A stretch of DNA of 64,000 nt from Neocallimastix sp. 'constans' (Eukaryota). The position numbers and the translations under genes were made by a program. Where the stretch lies: the NCBI GenBank assembly GCA_050613775.1, contig JBODTK010000011.1, positions 992,001-1,056,000 of the forward strand, in the 5' to 3' direction. The notes under the pieces are model-generated. The model was given only the letters and a program-made list of their open reading frames with translations. It was not told where the DNA came from and searched no databases. Shown here one piece after another: positions 17,875 to 27,981 of this stretch; the stretch's first letter is position 1; each line of letters opens with the position of its first letter.

Positions 17875-18881
17875 ATTAAATAGAAATAATAGTAAATAAC
17901 ATAGATTTTTTTTTAATTTTTTTTATTTTATATTGATAAACAAGTAAGTCGTTAATCCTTTGATTAACCTATGGCGCTTGTTTGATATATATATAAAAAA
18001 AAAAAAATTTTTTTTAAATAAGTAAAATTAAGATTCTAAAAAAACAAATTTTGTAAAATTATAACAAGGAGCGGATAGAGCTCATACACAGTGTATTCTC
18101 AGATAGCAACAAATTAACTCTATTCATAGTAGGTTATTGAATAGTAGTTAATTTGGAGATTAATTGGAAAGTAGACGAAGGTATTTGGTTACCGACCCGG
18201 TAATAATAGTTCAGCCTTCAACGTTTCAACACACGAAGGTGCGGGTACTTTCCAAGCACTGGCGAATAAGGAGCTTACGTCACCGAAGGCGTAAGATTGT
18301 TTTTTTTATATATATTTTTTTTTACTTTTCTTTGTGCTAGTTATAAGGCACTTTATTATATAAAGTATCAGACTTTGGCTAACTTCGCCATTTAAATTTT
18401 TTTTATTTTTTTTTTTATTACTGATACTTTATTTGTTTAATAATTCCTGTAAAAGAATCTTAATTTACTTTGAAAATATTGTGTTTTTAGTTAATTTTTA
18501 TTAGTTAATAAAAATATTATTGAATACTTTTAAAATTTTTTTTTATTCCGTACATAGATTATCGGATTAAGTTTATCCTACATAGTAATTGGGCTAGTGG
18601 GCTCTGAACTGCTATATTTTATATTGAATATAGTAATCGTGGCACACGCGTGGCATGACACCATTAGGTAAGCTGCACGTCAGACAGTGTGTACTATCAG
18701 ATTGTACGACAATAAAGATTATTTTTTTTTTGTATTTAATAATTATAATTAATTAATAATTTTATTAGCTATAACAATACAATATTTATCGTTTAAAAAG
18801 AAAAATTTTTGAAAGGTGAAAATAACAAATAAAACTTTGCTTCTAAATTTATTACTACAAATATACTAAATTACAAAATTC

Positions 18882-19151
18882 AAGTGGTCGATAAAGATTT
18901 CGAGCTTGAAAAATATTCTATTAAGTTGTCGATAAAGATTTCGAACTTAAAATTATTCTATTAAGTTGTCGATAAAGATTTCGAACTTAAAATTATTCTA
19001 TTGAGTTGTCGATAAAGATTTCGAACTTAAAAATTATTCTATCGAGTTGTCGATAAAGATTTCGAACTTAAAAATTATTCTTAATAAAGTAGTCGAAAAG
19101 AACCTCGTGCTTTATAATTTCTACTAAGTTGTCGATAAAGATTTCGAGCTT
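18882..19151 (+). repeat. ~7 tandem ~40-bp hairpin repeats in the Gypsy-1 5' UTR
   Basis: AAGTTGTCGATAAAGATTTCGAACTT core repeated with ~40-bp period. Confidence 0.9.
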
Positions 19152-19260
19152 ATATCTACTAAAGAAAGCAAATAAAATTATTATTTTCAAAAGTTACTAA
19201 AATATATTGTTTTAAAAATTGATTCGATATTAAATTACCTATTAAATTATATTTTTAAAG

Positions 19261-20238
19261 TTGTATTTCCAAATTTATTCTTATTTAATCACCTCATTAA
19301 TATACAACAAGAAATATTTAAACAAAATGTCCAAGGAAACAACTTTGAGCTTTAAAGAATTGAAAAAAGAATTAAGAGATATTGTGAAACTTAGCAAGGA
19401 CAATTTAGATATTAAGTCCTGGGCTACTGAATTAAAACTTTGGATCAAGATACAAGGTATTACAGATCCAGAAACAATATTTAATGCTTGTTTACTTACC
19501 AGCTCTGGTGAAGTACAACGCGTTATTGAAGATTTGGGAGAAGATAGTGATGATGAAAGTGATGATTCATCAGATGAAGAAGAAGAAGATGATGAAGAAG
19601 AAAATGTTGATGATGATATTAAATTTCCTTCTCTTGGAAAAATCATTTCAAGTCTTGAAAATTTTTACGGTATTAAAGAAGACCAAAATTTACTTCTTAA
19701 AGAACTTCGTGCAATGCGAATTAAAAGAAACGAAAAGATTAAAGACTTTAATGTAAGATATAGAACTTTGTACACTAAACTTGATAAAAAGAGAAGAAAG
19801 CGCATCGGTGTACTAGATTATATTGATTCTATTCAAAATAATTATGAAGCCTGGAAGAAATTATCCCTTAAAGATGATATAAGTATGGAGAAAGCTTTCA
19901 AAATTGCCGAGAAAGTAGATAGACTTTCTGTAAGGAACAATAATATTAATACCTATAATGTTAATAATTCCCAGCATAATCAAAATAATCAAAACAGTAC
20001 TACTTCAAGACTTTATCCTAAAAGAAGAAACGAAACTTTCCAAACAAGTCAAACAAATAATAAACCGAAACCTCAAGATATTATAGAAGAATCAACCCAG
20101 AAAATGAGAAATTTATCTATTAAAACTTGCTTCTTTTGTAAGGAAGAAGGTCATTACTCATACTATTGCCCTCAATTAAATAAGATTATGGAAAAAAATA
20201 AAAAAGAAATATATTCCAAAAAGTCTTTAAACTTCTAA
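19261..20238 (+). CDS. gag: Gypsy-1 Gag (likely ATG start at 19327)
   Basis: CFFCKEEGHYSYYC zinc knuckle; ends in TTTAAAC slippery site. Confidence 0.9.
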   Translation: MYFQIYSYLITSLIYNKKYLNKMSKETTLSFKELKKELRDIVKLSKDNLDIKSWATELKLWIKIQGITDPETIFNACLLTSSGEVQRVIEDLGEDSDDESDDSSDEEEEDDEEENVDDDIKFPSLGKIISSLENFYGIKEDQNLLLKELRAMRIKRNEKIKDFNVRYRTLYTKLDKKRRKRIGVLDYIDSIQNNYEAWKKLSLKDDISMEKAFKIAEKVDRLSVRNNNINTYNVNNSQHNQNNQNSTTSRLYPKRRNETFQTSQTNNKPKPQDIIEESTQKMRNLSIKTCFFCKEEGHYSYYCPQLNKIMEKNKKEIYSKKSLNF

Positions 20239-23200
20239 ATGGGAGCAGAAGCACTCCCAATGACAAAACAATAGCTTCATTAAATAATTTACAAAATAAT
20301 ACTTTTACTAAGAATACTCCAATTGATAATAATTCCTTTAATGAAGAATCTGAAGAATTTGATTTTAGTGACACACCTGATAGTGAGGATGATATCATTA
20401 TAAATGCTATAAAAAGAAAAATGAATGATAATAACAGCGAAAAAGAAGAAAGTAATTCCAAGAAAGTACATAAAAGTTTAAAAGATAATCCACGTCCTTT
20501 CGCAACTCCTGCTTTAAGAAAGAAGAAAGAAAATGAGCTACATAATAAACCAAATAAAGCTTATAAAAATCAAATACTTCCATCAATTTTAACTCAACCA
20601 AATATTAACAAAGAAAAACAAAAAGAAAAGGAATTAAGAAATATGACAAGAGTAAGAGAAAGTAAAGAAGAAAACAACAATTATTCATCAAAAGGAAAGG
20701 AAAAAGTTGAATCAGAAGATATACTTGTAATCGATAATGAAATAGAAGATCTAGAAATGAATAAAGATAATCAACAAAATAAAACTAATACTTTGGAAAA
20801 ATTAATTTCAACAAAAACTAAAGAAACTAATAATGGAAATACTCAGTTAGTAAAAAGGAATATTAAAATGATGAATAATAAAGAACCTTACAATATTATG
20901 GATGATTTAAATAATCTTAAATCCAGTATTACGATAGGTCAACTCTTGAATGCATGTCCGAAAATTCGTTCACAACTAACTCAAGGTTTAAAGTTAGAAA
21001 AATCTAAAATAATTGGAACTGTAGACAATGTAATAGCACGAACTTTATTAGTAAATAACTATGATCATAGCTACATAAGTAAAAGTAATGAAGTAGCCGA
21101 AGAAGACTTAGCAATGGTTGATGCAAGTGTTGACGGAGTACTAGGAAAACTTTTAATTGATTCTTGTAGTAACCTAAGCATCGTTACTAAGCAGTATTTT
21201 GATAAATTACCTGGTGAATATGAAACAGTTGGAAAAAGTCGTGGAAGAATCCAACTAGCAACACAAGATGAAGAATACTCGGAAGGAATTATTGTTCGAT
21301 TACCAGTAAAAATTAATAATTATGAATTTAATGCGGACTTTAGAATTATTGAGAAAGAAGACTCTTTTTATGATATGTTAATAAACTTTAAAACTCAAAT
21401 CGATCATTGTTTATTTATTCATCCGACCTTAAACAGTTTATGTAAACTTTTGTCAGAAAGTGAATACGAAGAAATAGCTAAAATAAATAATCAATATTAT
21501 GATGAAGAAAGTATAATTTGCACTATTAGAAAAGTTAAAGAAACGAATAATGAAAAGGAAATTATAAAGGAATTAACTCCAATGGAATTTATTGAGAGTG
21601 ATGAATTTTTAAGTACCTTAAATAAAGATTATAAAGAACAAATTATTAAAATTCTCAAAGAAATGATTGACATAGTTGCCACTTCAACAGAAGAACTAAC
21701 TCCTTCTAAACTTTCACCACATAAGATCCGTTTAAAAGCAAATTCAAAGCCAGTAAAATTAAGAAGTTATAGGTTAACTAAATTAAAATCAGATATCTTA
21801 AAAGAAGAACTTACAAAACTTATTAAGAAAGGATTGATAGAACCATCCTGTTCAGAATGGTCATCTCCAGTAGTACTTATTCTAAAACACAATGGAAAGT
21901 GGCGCTTGTGCATTGACTACCGAAAAGTCAATGATATGACAGAAAAAGATTCTTATTCAGTTCCATATATAGATGAAATTTTTGATAGTCTCGGAGGAGC
22001 TAAAATATTTACAACTCTTGATTTATTTTCTGGTTTTCACCAAATCTTAATGGATGAAGAAAGCGTTGAAGTAACCACTTTCACTACTAAGTTTGGAAAT
22101 TATCAATTTAAGGTTATGCCTTTTGGACTTACTGGAGCTCCCTCAACCTTCCAAAGAGAAATGAATAAAATTTTATTCCCTTTTATTGGTGAATTTGTTT
22201 ACGTATTTATTGATGATGTTTTGATCTATTCAAAAAGTATCGAAGAACATTTAATTCATATTAAACAAGTATTAGAAGTATTTAAAGAAAACAAGTTAAA
22301 AATTAATATTGAAAAGTGCCATTTTCTTCAAACTGAAGTTGATGTATTAGGTCACAAACTTACTACTAAAGGATTAAGTCCCATGGAAAGTAAAATAACA
22401 GCTATTAAGAAGTGGGAAGCCCCTTCATCAATTCATGAATTAAGATCATTTCTAGGAGCAGTAGGATATTATCGTGACTTTATTCCTAAATATGCTCAAA
22501 TTACCTCACCTTTATGTAAATTATTGAAAAAGAATACTAAATATGAATGGAATAAAGAACAACAAGAAAGCTTTGAACTCCTAAAAGAAAAATTAATCAA
22601 TGCACCTATTCTAAAATTTCCGTCATTTGACAAACCTTTTATCATTAGAACTGATGCTTCGTATAATGGAATTGGTGGAGTTCTTTTACAAAAAGAAGAA
22701 GAAACCGGTAAGGAGCATCCAATACACTTTATAAGTAGAAGTTTAAAGAAAGCTGAAAAGAATTATGGTATTACCGATTTGGAAGGAACCGCTTTGTTTT
22801 ACTGTATGACTAAATTTAAATCTTATATTGAAGGAAATCCACTACCTACAACTATTTACACAGATCATAAACCATTAGTTGGTTTATTTAAGAATAAAGA
22901 ACCTTTGAATGCAAGGCAAACAAGATGGTGTCTAACCGCTAGTATGCTTGGAATTAATATAAAATATGAATCAGGCAAAAAGAATGTGTTAGCTGATGCT
23001 CTTTCAAGAATGAAAAGTAAGGAAGAGAGAAAGATATTATTAACAAAAATTACTAATGGAAATAATGAAGAATTATTATCTAAAGTTATAAAGGAATTTA
23101 TTAATGAAAAGTTTACTGTTATTGATGGTGAAGATTACTTTATCGACAATGGAAATTATAGAAAATTAATAACGGACGAAAATGAAAGGTTTAAATTAAT

Positions 23201-24236
23201 TTTAGAAGCTCATAATATTGGCCACGAAGGATATTACAAAACATATCAAAGACTTAAGAAAAACTTTTATTGGAATCATATGATTAAAGATATCAAAAGA
23301 ATTGTTAGTAATTGTGAAAAATGCCAATTAAATCGTCCTCAACCATATCCAGAACCAACCGAAAACCATCCGACTAAAGTGGAGGGTCCCTTTGTGCATT
23401 TAGGATTAGATATTATAGGACCGTTACCAAAAACAAGAAATAATAATCAATATATTATAGTAACTGTTGATTACTTTACCAAATGGGTTGAAGCCGAACC
23501 CACTGAAAACATAACTTCCTCTGATATAATTAAATTTTTAATAAACGTTTTTGCAAGACATGGTGTACCTCAAGTTATTACTACTGATAATGGAGTCCAA
23601 TTCACTTCTGATATGACTAAAATCTTTCTTGATCTTTATGATGTATATGTTAAATTTGTAGCTACTTACCACCCTGAATCAAATGGCCTTACTGAAAATC
23701 GAAATAAAGAAATTGGAAAATTACTTCGTTTATTAGGAAGGAAAAATCAAGATTGGGATGAAGTTTTACCTTCTGCTTTATGGGCACTTCGAACTACCAA
23801 AAATACAGCTACTGGACATTCTAGTTTTGAATTAGTATATGGAAGAGAAGACCAACAGCCTTATGATATAGCCATAAGAACAATTGAAAATGCAGGTAAA
23901 TCATATGATGAAATTTTAATGGAAAAATTTGTTCGTCATTATCAATGGACTAGAGAAGCATGCGAAAATGTGAAGAATGCTAACAAGTATTGGGCAACAA
24001 GACGAGAAGAACAAATAAGTATGAAAAAGGGAAAAGAATTAAAGGCTGGTGATCTTGTTCTTGTTAGAAACTTTAGCCGCACTAAGCTAGAACCATATTA
24101 CAATGGACCATTTAAAATTTTAAAAATTCAATTCAACACGGCAACCCTAATCGATCAGAAGACTGGAAAGCAACTCGATAGGAATGTTCACTTTAAAAAT
24201 TTAGTAAAGTTTAACTCCGCTTACAGAGAAGCTTGA
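20232..24236 (+). CDS. pol: Gypsy-1 Pol (PR-RT-RNaseH-IN), expressed by -1 frameshift
   Basis: -1 frame is open from the slip site; DSC protease, FIDD RT, TDAS RNase H, HHCC/DDE integrase, GPF motif. Confidence 0.93.
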   Translation, partial: LLNGSRSTPNDKTIASLNNLQNNTFTKNTPIDNNSFNEESEEFDFSDTPDSEDDIIINAIKRKMNDNNSEKEESNSKKVHKSLKDNPRPFATPALRKKKENELHNKPNKAYKNQILPSILTQPNINKEKQKEKELRNMTRVRESKEENNNYSSKGKEKVESEDILVIDNEIEDLEMNKDNQQNKTNTLEKLISTKTKETNNGNTQLVKRNIKMMNNKEPYNIMDDLNNLKSSITIGQLLNACPKIRSQLTQGLKLEKSKIIGTVDNVIARTLLVNNYDHSYISKSNEVAEEDLAMVDASVDGVLGKLLIDSCSNLSIVTKQYFDKLPGEYETVGKSRGRIQLATQDEEYSEGIIVRLPVKINNYEFNADFRIIEKEDSFYDMLINFKTQIDHCLFIHPTLNSLCKLLSESEYEEIAKINNQYYDEESIICTIRKVKETNNEKEIIKELTPMEFIESDEFLSTLNKDYKEQIIKILKEMIDIVATSTEELTPSKLSPHKIRLKANSKPVKLRSYRLTKLKSDILKEELTKLIKKGLIEPSCSEWSSPVVLILKHNGKWRLCIDYRKVNDMTEKDSYSVPYIDEIFDSLGGAKIFTTLDLFSGFHQILMDEESVEVTTFTTKFGNYQFKVMPFGLTGAPSTFQREMNKILFPFIGEFVYVFIDDVLIYSKSIEEHLIHIKQVLEVFKENKLKINIEKCHFLQTEVDVLGHKLTTKGLSPMESKITAIKKWEAPSSIHELRSFLGAVGYYRDFIPKYAQITSPLCKLLKKNTKYEWNKEQQESFELLKEKLINAPILKFPSFDKPFIIRTDASYNGIGGVLLQKEEETGKEHPIHFISRSLKKAEKNYGITDLEGTALFYCMTKFKSYIEGNPLPTTIYTDHKPLVGLFKNKEPLNARQTRWCLTASMLGINIKYESGKKNVLADALSRMKSKEERKILLTKITNGNNEELLSKVIKEFINEKFTVIDGEDYFIDNGNYRKLITDENERFKLILEAHNIGHEGYYKTYQRLKKNFYWNHMIKDIKRIVSNCEKCQLNRPQPYPEPTENHPTKVEGPFVHLGLDIIGPLPKTRNNNQYIIVTVDYFTKWVEAEPTENITSSDIIKFLINVFARHGVPQVITTDNGVQFTSDMTKIFLDLYDVYVKFVATYHPESNGLTENRNKEIGKLLRLLGRKNQDWDEVLPSALWALRTTKNTATGHSSFELVYGREDQQPYDIAIRTIENAGKSYDEILMEKFVRHYQWTREACENVKNANKYWATRREEQISMKKGKELKAGDLVLVRNFSRTKLEPYYNGPFKILKIQFNTATLIDQKTGKQLDRNVHFKNLVKFNSAYREA

Positions 24237-24753
24237 GTCTTCGTCGGGGCATCTTGATAAGAATGTACTAAATAATGCATTCTTAATTAAATCTACGATT
24301 TATTTCTAATACATTATGTGTACATTATTATTTTTGTACTTTAATAAATTTTTAAATCCAAAGATCAAAAATTAAATCAAAAATTATATTAAACTTTATG
24401 TTTTTATATTAAATCTTATATTAAAAGTAATATTTTTATATATTTAAAACTTATATTAGCAATATTAATAATAAATCTTATTTTTTTTTTTATATTAATA
24501 ATGAAAATTTATATTAATAATATTTTTATATATTGATAATTAAAAATTTATATATTATATTTTAACTTTTTATTATAAAATTTTATATCGAAATGTTTTA
24601 TTTTATATTGAAAAATATTTTATTTTATTAAAAACCTTTATATTAGAATAGTATTTTTATTTTTATTTGAATATTTTAACAGATTGTAATAAAAATTATA
24701 GCCAATTAAATAAATTCTTATTAGTAATATTTTAGATATTTTTAAATAAATAA

Positions 24754-24802
<49 letters not shown>

Positions 24803-25102
24803 TTTTATTAATATTATAAATGTATTTTATTTATATTGTTATAATTAAATTTTATATAATTAATTATAAAAATCAATTTAAATTTAATAGTTTTTATAAA
24901 AAAAAAAATAAATAAAATGTAATTTAGTGGCAAGAACAACTTTTATGCCTTGAAAAAAGTATAAATAGTTGTAAATTTTGCTACTAATTTTTAAATATCA
25001 TCAAGTAAAATTAATAAAATAAATAAAAATAATAAATAAATAAATAAAATTTGTGTTTCCTTACTTTATTTTTATTTAATTCTCTAAAACCTTAACATTT
25101 TG

Positions 25103-26612
25103 TGTAAGAAACTTAGATAAATTTATTATTTTATTATAAAATTTATCTATCTTTCTTATTTAATACATTAATTTAATACATTAAATTATTGTATTTATTT
25201 TAACCAATAATATTTAATTATTAATTTATATATATTTGATTCTCTTGAGTTCTCTTCGAGAAATCAAGAGTTATTATTTTAGAATTTTTATAATAAATAA
25301 TAATTCAAATAAACTAATTAATTAATAAACCAAAACCTTTTAAATAAAACATATTTTATAAATATTTGTGTCTTTTATTCCTTTTGTGTTATTGTTTATT
25401 ATAAACTTTCTATAATAAACTCTATCTTATATTTAAGTTAAGTATAATTATTTATTTATATTATTATTATTTATTTATTTATTAATACAAAATATATATA
25501 ATATATAATATAAATTTATAAATTATTGTTCATTTAATTATTTATTTAAAATAGATTTTAATTCAAAATTTAAATTTCATTTTTTTAAATTGAAATTGCA
25601 ATTAAATATTTATTTTAATTTTATTTAAATTTTATTTCTTTTAATATTTCTTAATTTATTATTTTTTAAATTGTTCTTCTTTCATTGAACAATTCAAATG
25701 AAAAGGAGCAATGTAAGAAATACAAATAAATTTATTAATAATTTATTTACATTTCTTAGTTATTATAATTTATTTAATTTAATATTTATTTATTCATTTA
25801 ATAATATAGTCATTTTATTTAATTTTATATTTATTTATACACTTAATAATTATATTTTATTTAATTTATAATTATTTATTCACTTATATTTATATATTAG
25901 TTAGAAAACAATATTAAGGTTTTCCCAAGTTAATTGGTTTTACTTAATATTGATTCGTCTAGAGTTTTTCCGCTAATCTTTTCTCTAGATGTTAAAAAGT
26001 TAAGGTTAGCAAAACTTTCAATAAATTATTTAAATTTATATTTTTTTTGGTTAATTATAATTTTTATTTTAAATATACTACTTCCTATATAATAATGAAT
26101 TTATACAAATTCATTAAGTAAAGGGAGCAATGTAAGAAACTTGGATAAATTTATTATTTTATTATAAAATTTATCTATCTTTCTTATTTAATACATTAAT
26201 TTAATACATTAAATTATTGTATTTATTTTAACCAATAATATTTAATTATTAATTTATATATATTTGATTCTCTTGAGTTCTCTTCGAGAAATCAAGAGTT
26301 ATTATTTTAGAATTTTTATAATAAATAATAATTCAAATAAACTAATTAATTAATAAACCAAAACCTTTTAAATAAAACATATTTAATAAATATTTGTGTC
26401 TTTTATTCCTTTTGTGTTATTGTTTATTATAAACTTTCTATAATAAACTCTATCTTATATTTAAGTTAAGTATAATTATTTATTTATATTATTTTATATT
26501 TATTTAATTATATTTAATTTTATTTTCTCAAATTAATGTTAATTAGTAATAATTAATGTTAATTTGTAGTTAAGAAATTATTTATAATTAATTTTATAAG
26601 TAATTTCTTACA
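25103..26612. mobile_element. Element Y: non-coding LTR-derived (TRIM-like/chimeric) insertion
   Basis: TGTAAGAAA...TTTCTTACA; TSD TTTTG at 25098-25102 and 26613-26617; 25103-~25470 repeated at 26131-~26490; PPT-like AAAGG(G)AGCAA before TGTAAGAAA at 25712 and 26131. Confidence 0.85.
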
Positions 26613-27942
26613 TTTTGATACGGGGTGTCACTAAATACCTTGTATTTCTTATCAAATACTCTTAATTGTTAAGATTTTGATATAATTTATAATTTAAATT
26701 TAAATAAAATATTATGTTTTAATAAAAATATTCACTAAGTCGATATGTCTATATAGTAATATACTATATAGATATATAATAATAATAATAAATATTTAAA
26801 TGTTTAGTTTAATAAAAATTTATTTATAATAAACTTTGATAATTAGAATTATCAAATTAATTTGATTTTAAATTTATTGATTTTATTTAATAATAAAATA
26901 TCTATAATATATTACTATTAAGGTAATTTTACAATAACCTTACAAAGAACATAAAAGATAGATTTTTACATCTTTCTTTTATACTTTGTAAGTTACATAA
27001 TAATAATATTTAATTATAAGATAATAATAATATAAATAATAATAAAATATAAGGATAAATTTAATTATATAATTAATTTGAATAATTGAATTTAATATAG
27101 ATATGTTGTAAACATATATAAAAACATAATATAAATAAAATACACGTGACGTCAAATGTATCATTGAAATTAATTATTAATATAAACCTTATTTATTAAT
27201 ATTCTCAGGATTATTAGGCCTAAGATAACCCTTTAAATATTAAACAAGAATTTATATTAATTATTAATTATTTAAATATATATATTATTTATAATTAAAT
27301 AAATAATATTTTTAATTATTGAAATGTAAATAACTGAAATTGAGATTTCAATTCAGTTATAATTTCAACAACGCCCTCCCATAAAAATCGGATTCAAGAC
27401 GATTTTTGTGTAACGATACGGAGGTCTAAATTTTTATTAAAAAATTTTTTGAAATTTCATAAATTAAAAATTTTTTAATTTCAAAGGAAGAAGGTCGCTT
27501 GAGTCCTTTTAAATTTTTATAGGAACCCCCATTTCAAGTGACCATTTCATTGAAATTTTGAAATTTCTAAAATTTAGTAAAATTAAAATTTAGTTAATGA
27601 AATTGATAGTTGTGAATATAATGGTACCATTTTTGAATGAATTTGATTTAGAATTTTTGAAATTGAAATTTTGAAATTTAATTTCAATTAACTTCTTAAT
27701 TTGTTGCATTAAATTTTAAAAAAATGAAAATTATAATAATTTATAAAATTTTAATTATGTTGAATTATAAATTGATTGTTAAGAGTGTAATATAGCTATA
27801 TTTTTTGAATTTTTGAATTTTTGAATTTTGAAATTTTGAAATTGAAATTTCATTTTAGAAATATTGAAAAATTAAAATTAACTAAAAAAATAGATAATAA
27901 TAAAGTAAAAGTTAAAAAATTAATAATAAAAAATAAAATTTC

Positions 27943-27975
<33 letters not shown>

Positions 27976-27981
<6 letters not shown>

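Larger units (their letters stand above)
17009..25097 (+). mobile_element. Gypsy-1: intact Ty3/Gypsy LTR retrotransposon without chromodomain
   Basis: LTRs 17009-17850 and 24255-25097 (TG...CA, near-identical); PBS 17857-17874; GGGG-type PPT before 24255; TTTT on both flanks; intact gag and pol. Confidence 0.95.

Noticed and set aside
18882..19151. CRISPR-like palindromic repeat array
   Set aside because: Spacers are short and near-identical, there are no cas genes, and it lies in a eukaryotic retrotransposon UTR
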